In this document: piece by piece, positions 24,633 to 33,367 of the stretch
How the letters are laid out: every line of letters begins with the position of its first letter
Position numbering within the stretch: the first letter of the stretch is position 1
Origin: Planctomycetota bacterium
Lineage (GTDB): Bacteria; Planctomycetota; J058
Direction of reading: 5' to 3'
Assembly: GCA_020425635.1 (NCBI GenBank)
Contig: JAGQRJ010000710.1
Span: 1 to 51,663 of the forward strand
Length of the DNA stretch: 51,663 bases
The notes under the pieces: generated by a model
Databases searched by the model: none
What the model saw: the letters and a program-made list of their open reading frames with translations, nothing else
Told to the model about the DNA's origin: nothing
Translations under genes and position numbers: made by a program

Positions 24633-26564
24633 TTAGCGCAAGACGCGCTCGAGCGCGTAGCCCAGACGCTGGGGGAGGTGCTCGGGGCGCGTGAGGATCT
24701 CGAAGCCCGAGCGCCCAAACAGCTGAGGCAGATAGACCTTGGCCTCCGCTTCGATCGCGAGCGCGAAGGGGGTGATCTGGAGGCTGCGGGCCTCGCGCAC
24801 CGCCTGGCGCACGTCCGCTGTCCCATGACGACCCTCGTAGCGATCGAGGTCGGTGGCCTTGCCATCGCTGAGCAAGATCAGCAGCTTGCGCTTGGCCTTC
24901 TGGTGTTGAAGCAGCCTGGTGGCGTGCCGCAGCGCGGGGCCGATCCGCGTGTAGCCTTGGGGCTGGAGCGAGAACAGCCCCGGGAGGCAGGCCCGCCAGG
25001 GGGCCTTGAAGCCCTTGACCTGCACGTAGCGACAATCGCGCCGCGTGTGGCTGAAGAAGGCCCCGATCTCCAACGTGACGAGCCCCGCGCCGAGCGCCTC
25101 GCCAATCGTGAAGACGGCCTGGCGCTCGACCTCGAGCACGCGGCGTCCCGAGACCCACGCGTCGGCGGAGAGGCTCACGTCGATCAAGACCAAGACCGCT
25201 AGCTCGTGGTCCCGGCGGCGTCGGGCGATCCAGAGCCGATCGTCGGGTGTGCGCCCCGCTCTGCGTTGCGCGTGGGCGTCCACCAACGCGTCGAGGTCGA
25301 GGTCGCTCCCGTCTCGCTGGCGAGAGCGCAGGGCGCGCTCTTGTGAGATCGCGCTGAACGCCGAGCGCAGCTCGCGGATCTGGTGCCGCAGGCGGTGCCT
25401 CAGCTCGTTGACGTGCTCGGCGACCCGCGCCGGCTCGAGCCCGACCTCGGGCACCTCGGAGAACAGCGCACAGTGGCGCGGACGGTAGGCCCGGCGTCGC
25501 TCGTCCCACTCGTCGTAATAGATCGCCCTGCGCGCGCGGGTCCCGTCTTCGACCTCGCCTCCGCTGTGCTCGAGGACGAGGTCTGCGCGGTAGAGGGAGG
25601 CTGTCGGGCGGTTGCTGCGGATCACCTGGCGCAGGTCGAGCTCGTCGAGGGCCTCCCCTTGCTCCGCCATGTCGTCGCTCCCGTCGAGCTGCTTGCGGGT
25701 GCCCTGGTATTCCTCCGCCGTCTCCGTCTTCTCGAACAGGTGCAAGACGGGGTTCTCGTGCTGCTTCTCGGTTTCGTCCGCCAGGACCTCCACCTCCTCC
25801 TTGCTCTGGCCTTGCCGCTCGGTCCCGCTCGGGAGCGCGTCGGGCTGGGTCTGGAACTCCTCTCCGCCGGCAGGGGCGGACTCGCCCCGCATCGGGTTCT
25901 GCAGCACCCCCGAGAGCCAGAGGAGCCGAGGAGGCGCTGCGCCCCGTGTTCCCTTGAGCCGCTTCAGCTCCTTGGCGAGCCAGCGCGCTGCTGGGCTCAG
26001 CCCCTCGGCCCGTAGCCGCGAGAGCGCCTCGCACACCACCGGCTCACCTGGCTCCTCTCCCCGGGCCAGTGCGCGCGCCCAGCGCCAGAGCACGCGCTCG
26101 CGCGCCCGCGCTGGCTCGGGCTCCCCCTCCCCGCACAGCGCGAGCAGCGCGCGCCAGGGCTCGCTCGCACCCGGGAGGCGCTCCAGGAGCTGCGCCTCGA
26201 GCCGAGGCCAGACGAGCAGCGTCGCGACCCGACGTTCGGCTTCGTCCAGCGCAGCCGAGAGCCGCACGCTGCGCTGCAGCTCCAAGCCGCAGGCGAGCCG
26301 CAAGACATAGGCCTGCACGTTTTGCTCAGCGGTGGGTGCCAGCGAGCACTGCTTGGGCAGGTAGATCGCGTCGCCCCGGACGCCCCCCAGCCCCTCGGTC
26401 TCGTTCAGGGCATAGGGTCGCTCGCCCAGCGCCCACGCGAGCACGCGCAGGCGGTCGACCACCTCGCACAGCCCCACGCTGCGCTCGAGGAGCGCCGCGT
26501 CTTCGCCGCCAAAGACGCGCCTCCACGCCCTGCTGCCCAGGGAGAACAGGAGTTCGTCGAACAC
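24633..26564 (-). CDS. norD: NorD, a von Willebrand factor A-domain nitric-oxide reductase activation protein (643 aa)
   Basis: The C-terminal VWA domain has the MIDAS-type start LVLIDVSLSADAW and later LLILLSDGKATD. It sits directly downstream of norQ in a norCBQD arrangement. Confidence 0.85.
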   Translation of the reverse strand: MFDELLFSLGSRAWRRVFGGEDAALLERSVGLCEVVDRLRVLAWALGERPYALNETEGLGGVRGDAIYLPKQCSLAPTAEQNVQAYVLRLACGLELQRSVRLSAALDEAERRVATLLVWPRLEAQLLERLPGASEPWRALLALCGEGEPEPARARERVLWRWARALARGEEPGEPVVCEALSRLRAEGLSPAARWLAKELKRLKGTRGAAPPRLLWLSGVLQNPMRGESAPAGGEEFQTQPDALPSGTERQGQSKEEVEVLADETEKQHENPVLHLFEKTETAEEYQGTRKQLDGSDDMAEQGEALDELDLRQVIRSNRPTASLYRADLVLEHSGGEVEDGTRARRAIYYDEWDERRRAYRPRHCALFSEVPEVGLEPARVAEHVNELRHRLRHQIRELRSAFSAISQERALRSRQRDGSDLDLDALVDAHAQRRAGRTPDDRLWIARRRRDHELAVLVLIDVSLSADAWVSGRRVLEVERQAVFTIGEALGAGLVTLEIGAFFSHTRRDCRYVQVKGFKAPWRACLPGLFSLQPQGYTRIGPALRHATRLLQHQKAKRKLLILLSDGKATDLDRYEGRHGTADVRQAVREARSLQITPFALAIEAEAKVYLPQLFGRSGFEILTRPEHLPQRLGYALERVLR

Positions 26565-26573
26565 GGTCTTTCC

Positions 26574-27362
26574 CTACACCATGAGCGAGACGACGTCGTT
26601 GAGCGCAGCGACGACCTCGCGGTCGTCGCTGAGCGCTTCGACGGCGGCGATCGACAACGCGCGCCGCGGCGGAAGCCCCGCTACGGTCAGCTTGGCGGCG
26701 GACACGAGGAGCCGCGTCGACACGGTTTCGCTGAGGCCGACTTCGGTCATCTTGCGGACCTTCGTGGCAAATCCGACGAAACGCTCCGCGAGCTTGCGCT
26801 CGATTCCGCCCTCGGTCGCGACGATCTCGGCTTCGATCTTGGGCGGCGGATAGTCGAACGCGAGGGTCACGAAGCGCTGACGGGTGGAGGGCTTCATCTC
26901 CTTGAGCCCGCGCTGATAGCCCGGGTTGAAGCTGGCCACGAGCATGAAGCTCACGGGAGCATGCAGCACCTCGTCGTGTCGGTCGAGGAGCAGTTCGCGG
27001 CGGTGGTCCGTGAGCGGGTGCAGGACCACGATCACGTCCTCTCGGGCCTCGGCCACCTCGTCGAGGTAGAGGATCGCGCCCTGACGTAGGGCACGGGTCA
27101 CGGGCCCGTCCTGCCACACCGTGTCGCCTCCCTGCACCAGCCAGCGCCCGAGGAGGTCGGCAGACGTGGTCTCGTCGTGGCACGCCACGCTGATCAACGG
27201 CCGCTCGAGCTTGCGAGCCATGGCTTCCACGAAGCGCGACTTCCCGCAGCCGGTTGGGCCCTTGAGCAGCAGGGCCAGCCGTTGCTCCCAGGCGAGCTTG
27301 AACACCTCGACCTCGTTGGAGATCGGGCGGTAGTAGGGCTCGCTCGGCGCGGAGGCGTCCAC
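26574..27362 (-). CDS. norQ: NorQ/CbbQ-type MoxR AAA+ ATPase (262 aa)
   Basis: GTG 27362 lies 4 nt after the norB stop. N-terminus: PYYRPISNEVEVFKLAWEQRLALLLKGPTGCGKSRFVE (Walker A). Walker B: ILYLDEV. The upstream part of tracked ORF 26574..27665 overlaps norB and is not used. Confidence 0.9.
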   Translation of the reverse strand: MDASAPSEPYYRPISNEVEVFKLAWEQRLALLLKGPTGCGKSRFVEAMARKLERPLISVACHDETTSADLLGRWLVQGGDTVWQDGPVTRALRQGAILYLDEVAEAREDVIVVLHPLTDHRRELLLDRHDEVLHAPVSFMLVASFNPGYQRGLKEMKPSTRQRFVTLAFDYPPPKIEAEIVATEGGIERKLAERFVGFATKVRKMTEVGLSETVSTRLLVSAAKLTVAGLPPRRALSIAAVEALSDDREVVAALNDVVSLMV

Positions 27363-27366
27363 CGAA

Positions 27367-28803
27367 CTAGGCGCTCGCTGGCGCGGCGCCTGCGGGCCCA
27401 GCGTCTGCGGGTGGAGCGTTCTCCTGGGTCTCGGGCGTTGGAGCCGTGGGAGGAGCGGAGAGCTCGGCCTCGGCTGGGCTCTGGACCTCTCCGACGGGTC
27501 TTCCGTGGGCGACGAAGTGCACGATGAAGGCCACGATCCCCAAGGTAAACAGCGCAGCGGCGAGGACCAGACCCACGAAGTGGACCGCGATTTCGCGCTG
27601 GACGTCCATGAAGTCCAGACCCATTTTTCGCTCGAGGTAGACCTGGGCCACGCCGGCGACGGCAAAGGCCAAGGTCATGGCGATCATGCCGATGTTCGCG
27701 CACCAGAAGGCGACGACTGCCAGGCGCGACTGGTGCAGGCTCCGGCCAGTCAAGTGCGGCAGGGCGTAGGACATGATCGCGAGCACCAGCATGGCGTAGG
27801 CTCCCCAGAAGGCCATGTGGCCATGCATGGCGGTCACCAGCGTCCCGTGAGTCCAAATGTTTACCTGCGGGATCGTGTGCGCGATTCCCAGGAATCCCGC
27901 GCCGACGAAGGCCATGATCGCGCAGCCGATGGTCCAGGCCAATGCGCTCTTGTTGGGGTGCTCTCGCCCTCCCTTCCGCATCATGACGATCGCGTAGGCC
28001 GCCATGCCGAGGAAGGCCAGCGGCTCGAGCGCGCTGAAGATCCCTCCAATCATGAGCCAGTAGCGCGGGGTCCCAATCCAATAGTAATGGTGGCCCGTGC
28101 CGAGGATTCCGGAGAGGAAGGTCACCCCCACGATCACGTAGAGCCACTTCTCGATGATCTCGCGGTCCACGCCGGTGAGTTTGATCAACAAGTAGGCCAG
28201 GATCGCCCCCATGATCAACTCCCACACGCCCTCGACCCACAGGTGCACGACCCACCAGCGCCAGTAGGAGTCGATGGCCTGGTTGTCGGTAGGGATCATG
28301 CCAGGCAGGTAGAGCAGCGCGGCCATCAGCAGGCCGAAGAACAAGACCGAGCTCGTCGTCGTATAGCGCTGGCCCTTCAAGATCGTCCCGCCGATCAACC
28401 CAATGAAGAGCAGCACGTTGACGACGACGAGGAAATCCAGCGCGCGGGGGATCTCGAGGAACTTTCGGCCCTCCCACCAATTGAGATGAAAGCCAACGAT
28501 CGCGGTCACGCCGACGACGATTAGCGAGATCAGCTGGACGTAGGCGAGCTTGACGTTGAGCAACTCGTGGCCCACCTCTTCGGGAACGATGTAGTAGGCA
28601 GAGCCCATGAACCCACAGAGCAGCCACATCACGAGCAGGTTGTTGTGGGAGGCGCGCGCGGCATGGAAGGGGATGACGTCGTGCAGCGGGTCATAGCCGA
28701 TGTGCGCGAAGCCCATGATGAAGCCGAACACGATCTGCAGCGAGAGCAGCAGCAGCGAGGTCGCGAAGAACCAGTACGCGACCCTCTGACTTTCATACCT
28801 CAT
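27367..28803 (-). CDS. norB: Nitric oxide reductase large subunit NorB, cNOR type (478 aa)
   Basis: A 12-TM heme-copper oxidase-like sequence with conserved His clusters (WWVVHLWVEG, LGTGHHYYW, TAMHGHMAFWG). It carries an Ala/Pro-rich C-terminal tail. Confidence 0.95.
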   Translation of the reverse strand: MRYESQRVAYWFFATSLLLLSLQIVFGFIMGFAHIGYDPLHDVIPFHAARASHNNLLVMWLLCGFMGSAYYIVPEEVGHELLNVKLAYVQLISLIVVGVTAIVGFHLNWWEGRKFLEIPRALDFLVVVNVLLFIGLIGGTILKGQRYTTTSSVLFFGLLMAALLYLPGMIPTDNQAIDSYWRWWVVHLWVEGVWELIMGAILAYLLIKLTGVDREIIEKWLYVIVGVTFLSGILGTGHHYYWIGTPRYWLMIGGIFSALEPLAFLGMAAYAIVMMRKGGREHPNKSALAWTIGCAIMAFVGAGFLGIAHTIPQVNIWTHGTLVTAMHGHMAFWGAYAMLVLAIMSYALPHLTGRSLHQSRLAVVAFWCANIGMIAMTLAFAVAGVAQVYLERKMGLDFMDVQREIAVHFVGLVLAAALFTLGIVAFIVHFVAHGRPVGEVQSPAEAELSAPPTAPTPETQENAPPADAGPAGAAPASA

Positions 28804-28805
28804 GG

Positions 28806-29504
28806 CTAGTTTCCCTTTCCGAGGGTCGACAGGAACGTCGCGAGCTCACCGATTTGCGCTTCCGACAGGGGCAGCTTCGGCATCAGGGTGCCGGCCTTGA
28901 CGGTCTGTGGGTCTCGGAGCCACTGCTCCATGAAGTCCTTTTCGAGCCGCGCACCGACCCCGTCGAGGGCCGGTCCAACCAGACCCCCCTTGCCTCCGAG
29001 CTGGTGGCAGGCGAGGCACAGCTGGCTGAACACCGGAGGCGGGGTGGCCGTGACCCCCGTGGGGACCCCGGGCGCCGCGCCCCCGGGCCCCAAGTTCGGC
29101 TTCCTGGGGAAGCCGTTGAGGTCCATGTTGCCGATCCACTCGAGGAAGGCGACCAAGTCCTGGATCTGCTCATCCTCGAATCCGTAGCTCTGCATGCGCC
29201 GCTGGCCCGGGAACATGGCGTCGGGGTCCCGGATCACGGCCGCAATGAAGGCAGGCCCGCGGCGCTCGTAGACCTTCGTCAACTCCGGGCCGTAGTACGC
29301 TCCCTCACCGAGGATCGTGTGGCACCCCATGCAGTTGCTCGAGTCCCACAGGTGCTTTCCGCGCACGACCGCCTCGGTCATCGCGGCCTCGTTGGTTTGC
29401 TTGGGGATCTGCGAGAGGGTGTCGAGGGTTAGCAGAACGAACGCCCCGAAGCAGAGCCCCGTTCCCAGGACGAAGAAATTCCTCGCGGCGGATTTGGACA
29501 ACAT
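28806..29504 (-). CDS. norC: NorC small subunit fused to an additional C-terminal monoheme cytochrome c domain (232 aa)
   Basis: N-terminal anchor FFVLGTGLCFGAFVLLTL. The canonical NorC heme site is CMGCH. A Pro/Gly linker leads to a second site, CLACH, with Met ligand region GTLMPKL. Its stop lies 2 nt before the norB start. Confidence 0.9.
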   Translation of the reverse strand: MLSKSAARNFFVLGTGLCFGAFVLLTLDTLSQIPKQTNEAAMTEAVVRGKHLWDSSNCMGCHTILGEGAYYGPELTKVYERRGPAFIAAVIRDPDAMFPGQRRMQSYGFEDEQIQDLVAFLEWIGNMDLNGFPRKPNLGPGGAAPGVPTGVTATPPPVFSQLCLACHQLGGKGGLVGPALDGVGARLEKDFMEQWLRDPQTVKAGTLMPKLPLSEAQIGELATFLSTLGKGN

Positions 29505-29581
29505 TGAGGGACGCCTCCTGCTCGAGCCGGGCGAAGGTCACGCGACCGGCGAGTCCATTGAGAGCGCGAAGTATACGTCGA

Positions 29582-29595
29582 GTCAGGCGACTGAC
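29582..29595. promoter_or_regulatory. Perfect inverted repeat GTCAG-gcga-CTGAC in the norC/nirK divergent region
   Basis: Read directly from the sequence. It lies 78-91 bp upstream of the norC ATG. Confidence 0.35.
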
Positions 29596-29614
29596 AAGTC
29601 CGGTGAATAAATAC
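29595..29614 (+). promoter_or_regulatory. CAAGTCCG + AT-rich box (CAAGTCCGGTGAATAAATAC), shared with the nsrR/cytochrome c intergenic region
   Basis: The same 8-mer CAAGTCCG, followed by S-T-(G)-AATA and an AT-rich run, recurs on the minus strand at 33348-33367. It forms an AT-rich island in a very GC-rich background. Confidence 0.35.
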
Positions 29615-29764
29615 GGGACCGTGGAGTCCAGTGAGTCCGGTTGCTATACAAGCGCATGGCGGGGGAGCCGCGAGTCAGACGACGCACGGGCGAGCGGCGA
29701 CTTTCGGCCTGCTCGCGTCCGGCGGTGTCGACCCCGCTGAAGCCTGACACCTGCTTGCAGGCCA

Positions 29765-29780
29765 GGGATCCGTGGATCCC
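29765..29780. promoter_or_regulatory. 16-bp perfect palindrome GGGATCC-gt-GGATCCC upstream of nirK
   Basis: Read directly from the sequence. It lies 44-59 bp upstream of the nirK GTG and could be an operator or a 5'-UTR hairpin. Confidence 0.35.
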
Positions 29781-29823
29781 TTCGAGCCGGCAGACATTCA
29801 TCACACCCTTGGAGGAATGTTTC

Positions 29824-31287
29824 GTGAGACTTTTTGCCGTCAAGCCGCTGGTGGGAACGCTGCTCGGGTTCTCGACGCTCCTGTCCCTGGCTGGTTGTCC
29901 ACCTGGCGCGGACACCGCGTCCAAGGCGCCCGTGTACTCCCGCGTCCTCAAGGGAAGTGAGGTCGCCGTTCTGACGGCTCCTCCGCTGGTGCCGCCGCCG
30001 ATCAAGCGCAGCCAACCCACGAAGGTCGTCGTCAACCTCGAGGTCAAGGAGGAGAAGGGGCGACTGGCCGACGGCGTGGAATACGTGTTCTGGACCTACG
30101 GCGGCAGTGTGCCCGGATCGTTCATTCGCATTCGTCAGTACGACGAGGTGGAGTTCAACCTCCAGAACCACCCCGACAACAAGATGCCGCACAACATCGA
30201 CCTGCACGCGGTCACCGGCGCAGGCGGCGGTGCGGCGTCGTCGTTCACGGCCCCCGGACACGCCTCGAAGTTCTCGTTCAAGGCGCTCAACGCGGGCCTC
30301 TACGTCTACCACTGCGCCACCGCGCCGGTAGGCATGCACATCGCCAACGGCATGTATGGCCTGATCCTCGTCGAGCCGGAGGGGGGGCTGCCGCCGGTCG
30401 ACAAGGAGTACTACGTCATGCAGGGCGACTTCTACACCAAGGGCGCCTATGGCGAGGTGGGAGTTCAGCCCTTCGACATGGGGAAGGCCTTGCAGGAACG
30501 CCCTGACTACGTCCTGTTCAACGGGTCGGTGGGCGCGCTCGTGGGAGACAACGCGATCACCGCGGAGGTCGGTGAGACGGTGCGCCTGTTCGTCGGAAAC
30601 GGGGGGCCAAACCTCGTCTCTTCGTTTCACGTGATCGGTGAGATCTTCGACAAGGTCCACCAGGAGGGCTCTGCTTCCTTCGGTGAGAACATCCAGACCA
30701 CCTTGATCCCGGCGGGCGGGGCGGCCTGGGTCGAGTTCAAGGTCGACGTGCCAGGAACGTTCATCATCGTCGACCACTCGATCTTCCGCACCTTCAACAA
30801 GGGCGCTCTGGGCATGCTCAAGGTCACGGGTGAGGAGAACAAGACGATCTACTCCGGGAAGCAGGAGGACGGGATCTACCTGCCCGAGGGCGGTGCGATC
30901 CAGGAGCTCCCGGGCGAGCGCGCGAAGCCGGTCCCGGCGCAGCGGACGAAGGACGAGCGGATCGCCATGGGCGAACGCATCTACCAGACCATCTGCTTTG
31001 CCTGCCACCAGAGCAAGGGTCAGGGCGTCCCCGGGGCCTTTCCGCCTTTGGCCAACTCCGATTACCTCATGGCCGACAAGGAGCGCTCGATCCTCGGTGT
31101 GATCAACGGGCAGAGTGGACCCATCGAGGTGAACGGACAGAGGTTCGACGGGGTCATGCCCGCCGTCACCAACATCACCGACGACGACGTCGCGAACGTC
31201 TTGACCTACGTCCGCAACAGCTTCGGAAACTCCGGCGACATGGTGACCCTGGCTGAGGTTCAGGCCGCCCGCGCGAAGAAGAAGTAG
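29824..31287 (+). CDS. nirK: Copper-containing nitrite reductase NirK with C-terminal cytochrome c domain; lipoprotein (487 aa)
   Basis: GTG 29824 is preceded by GGAGGA (29811-29816). Lipobox: LLSLAG/C. The type-2 and type-1 Cu ligand contexts are HNIDLH and [18 protein letters not shown]. The C-terminal heme site is CFACH, with GVMPAV. Confidence 0.9.
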   Translation: MRLFAVKPLVGTLLGFSTLLSLAGCPPGADTASKAPVYSRVLKGSEVAVLTAPPLVPPPIKRSQPTKVVVNLEVKEEKGRLADGVEYVFWTYGGSVPGSFIRIRQYDEVEFNLQNHPDNKMPHNIDLHAVTGAGGGAASSFTAPGHASKFSFKALNAGLYVYHCATAPVGMHIANGMYGLILVEPEGGLPPVDKEYYVMQGDFYTKGAYGEVGVQPFDMGKALQERPDYVLFNGSVGALVGDNAITAEVGETVRLFVGNGGPNLVSSFHVIGEIFDKVHQEGSASFGENIQTTLIPAGGAAWVEFKVDVPGTFIIVDHSIFRTFNKGALGMLKVTGEENKTIYSGKQEDGIYLPEGGAIQELPGERAKPVPAQRTKDERIAMGERIYQTICFACHQSKGQGVPGAFPPLANSDYLMADKERSILGVINGQSGPIEVNGQRFDGVMPAVTNITDDDVANVLTYVRNSFGNSGDMVTLAEVQAARAKKK

Positions 31288-31297
31288 GGGAACCTCG

Positions 31298-32158
31298 GTG
31301 CGCTCAGCAGCCCTGCTGGGAGTCCTCGTGTTCGTCGGTTGCCCTGCGGAGCAGCCGCAGCGAGGGGATCCCTCCTGGGCTGCCGCGCGTCGAGCCTCCC
31401 CGCCCGCCCACGATCCGCCCGCGATCCATGCTGACCCCTTGCCCAGCCAGACGGTCGAAATCCCTGGCGGGAACTACCGCTCGTTCTTCCCCGGGAAGGA
31501 CGAGCCGGAGCGGTTCGAGGTTGGCCCGTTCGGGTTGGAGGTGCACGCGGTCACCAACGCGCAGTACTTGCGATTCGTGCTCGCCAACCCGAAGTGGCGG
31601 CGCTCCGCGGTGAGGCGGATCTTCGCCGACGAGAACTACCTGCGAGACTGGGCCAGCGACACCGAGCACGGGGAAGGCCTCGCAGACCGTCCCGCCGTGT
31701 ATGTGTCGTGGTTTGCCGCGCGCGCCTACGCGCGTTGGGTGGGGCGTCGGCTGCCGACCCTGCAGGAATGGGAGTACGTCGCGGCGGCCTCGGAGGCCGT
31801 GGCCGACGCGACCGGGGAAGCCGAGCACAACCAGCGGATCCTCGACTGGTATTCGGCCCCGAGCCCCGCGACTTTGCCTCCCGTCTGCTCGACGCCGAGG
31901 AATCACTTCGGCGTCTACGACATGCACGGGTTGATTTGGGAGTGGGTCGAGAACTTCAACACCGCGCTCGTGACCGGCGAGTCTCGAGGAGACACCGGGC
32001 TCGAGCGGAGCCTGTTCTGCGGGGCGGGCTCCATTGGGTCGGCGAACCCAGCCGACTACGCTGCGTTCATGCGTTTCGCGTTTCGCAGCAGCCTGCAGGC
32101 GTCGTACACCGTCAAGAACCTGGGCTTCCGCTGCGCCACGAACAGCGGGAATGAGTGA
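31298..32158 (+). CDS. nirV: NirV-type FGE-sulfatase-family lipoprotein encoded downstream of nirK (286 aa)
   Basis: GTG 31298 lies 10 nt after the nirK stop. Lipobox: VFVG/C. FGE-family motifs: PAVYVSWFAARAYARW, LQEWEYVAA, FGVYDMHGLIWEWV, NLGFRCA. The nirK-nirV pairing is established in alpha-proteobacterial denitrifiers. Confidence 0.8.
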   Translation: MRSAALLGVLVFVGCPAEQPQRGDPSWAAARRASPPAHDPPAIHADPLPSQTVEIPGGNYRSFFPGKDEPERFEVGPFGLEVHAVTNAQYLRFVLANPKWRRSAVRRIFADENYLRDWASDTEHGEGLADRPAVYVSWFAARAYARWVGRRLPTLQEWEYVAAASEAVADATGEAEHNQRILDWYSAPSPATLPPVCSTPRNHFGVYDMHGLIWEWVENFNTALVTGESRGDTGLERSLFCGAGSIGSANPADYAAFMRFAFRSSLQASYTVKNLGFRCATNSGNE

Positions 32159-32166
32159 GGACCCGT

Positions 32167-32835
32167 ATGCGCTTCCTTCGCACGATCCTGTTTGGCGCCG
32201 TGATGGCGTGCTGCGGCTGCGAGGAGCCGGTGGCCGCCACGGACCCGGCCGCAGCCGACCGGACCAGCGGAGCGCCAGCAGCGGGCGGTCCATCCGTCCC
32301 TGGCCTGAGCAACTGCTGCAGCAAGGAGGAAGCGGGCGCGACGGTCCCGGGGACCTCGGTCTACCAGCTCGAGTCGACCTGGCAGGACCAGAGCGGGGCG
32401 GAACGGCAACTTGTGAGCTTCCGCGGTCGCCCGGTCGTCATGGCGATGATCTTCACCACCTGCGAGTACGCCTGTCCGCGGATCATGTCGGACTTGAAGC
32501 GGATCGAGGAAGCGCTGGGCGAGGGACGAGAGAAGGTCCGGTTCGTGCTGGTCTCGTTCGACGCTGAACACGACCAGCCGCGCGTGCTGGCCGAGTACGC
32601 GAAGACCCAGGACCTCGACCTCGCGCGCTGGACCTTGCTGCATGGGGCCGAGGCCGACGTGCGCGAGCTGGCGGGGGCGCTGGGGATCAAGTTCAAGAAG
32701 TCGACCGCGGTTGGCTTCTCGCACTCCAACGCGATCTCGCTGCTCGACGTCGACGGTCGAATCACGCTGCAACTGCAGGGCCTCGGCGTGGAACCCGCAG
32801 AACTCCTCGCGGCGCTTCGTGAGCCAGGCCAGTGA
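32167..32835 (+). CDS. SCO1/SenC-family copper chaperone (222 aa)
   Basis: Thioredoxin-like CxxxCP motif (FTTCEYACP) and conserved His (FSHSNAISLLD). N-terminal lipobox-like segment AVMACCGC. Start is ATG 32167; an in-frame GTG at 32155 overlaps the nirV stop. Confidence 0.8.
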   Translation: MRFLRTILFGAVMACCGCEEPVAATDPAAADRTSGAPAAGGPSVPGLSNCCSKEEAGATVPGTSVYQLESTWQDQSGAERQLVSFRGRPVVMAMIFTTCEYACPRIMSDLKRIEEALGEGREKVRFVLVSFDAEHDQPRVLAEYAKTQDLDLARWTLLHGAEADVRELAGALGIKFKKSTAVGFSHSNAISLLDVDGRITLQLQGLGVEPAELLAALREPGQ

Positions 32836-32873
32836 CGCCGACCGCCCGGCGCTGGCGACCGCTCCATCCTCCG

Positions 32874-33293
32874 CTACTCCGAGATCGGGACCCAATCGTT
32901 GAGCACGTCGGCGAGGGTCGTGCCGCGGGCCCAGTGGAGCAAGCTCTCCATGAGGGAAGAGCGGGCAGGGTGCAACGGGCAGGGGTGCTTGGGGTCGCAC
33001 GACTTCCAGCCAAAGGCGCAGTGGTCTTCGTCCACGTCGACGTCGACCGCGTTGAGGATCTCGTCGAAGGAGATATCCGCCGGCTCGTAGGCGAGGGCGA
33101 AGCCACCCCCGTGGCCCTTTTGGGCCACCAGCAAGCCGGCCACGGTCAGTCGTCGCAGGAGCTTGGACAGATACGCGGCCGGCACTCCCGTTTGGTCAGC
33201 GACCTGCAACGCCGGCGCGCTCTCGTCACCGAGGGTCGCCAGGTAAGCCATGGCCCGCAGCGCGTACTCGCCTCTCGTAGGCATACCCAGCAT
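32874..33293 (-). CDS. nsrR: Rrf2-family transcriptional regulator, likely the NO-sensing NsrR type (139 aa)
   Basis: N-terminal wHTH: TRGEYALRAMAYLA...VPAAYLSKLLRRLTVAGLLVAQKGHGGGFAL. Three-Cys cluster: CAFGWKSCDPKHPC (C-x6-C-x5-C). Its genomic context is denitrification. The tracked ORF extends upstream, but the homologous part starts at ATG 33293 (alternative 33284). Confidence 0.7.
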   Translation of the reverse strand: MLGMPTRGEYALRAMAYLATLGDESAPALQVADQTGVPAAYLSKLLRRLTVAGLLVAQKGHGGGFALAYEPADISFDEILNAVDVDVDEDHCAFGWKSCDPKHPCPLHPARSSLMESLLHWARGTTLADVLNDWVPISE

Positions 33294-33347
33294 GCGGACT
33301 TTATAGCAGCTGCCCTGAACGGACGCCAAGGTGGGCCCTCGACGCCC

Positions 33348-33367
33348 AATGAATATTAGCGGACTTG
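33348..33367 (-). promoter_or_regulatory. Second copy of the CAAGTCCG + AT-rich box (minus strand CAAGTCCGCTAATATTCATT)
   Basis: The plus strand reads aatgaatattagcggacttg. The box lies 55-74 bp upstream of the nsrR ATG and 68-87 bp upstream of the cytochrome c ATG. Confidence 0.35.

Noticed and set aside
29745-29759. A sigma54-like sequence, TGACAC-ctgc-TTGCA, lies upstream of nirK.
   Set aside because: The invariant -24 GG is GA, and the spacer is one nt short of the strict TGGCAC-N5-TTGC geometry.
29505-29823. FNR/Dnr/NnrR-type boxes (TTGAT-N4-ATCAA) expected at nor and nirK promoters.
   Set aside because: Only weak partial matches exist, such as TTGAGagcgCGAAG and TTGCTataCAAG. Neither has an acceptable second half-site.
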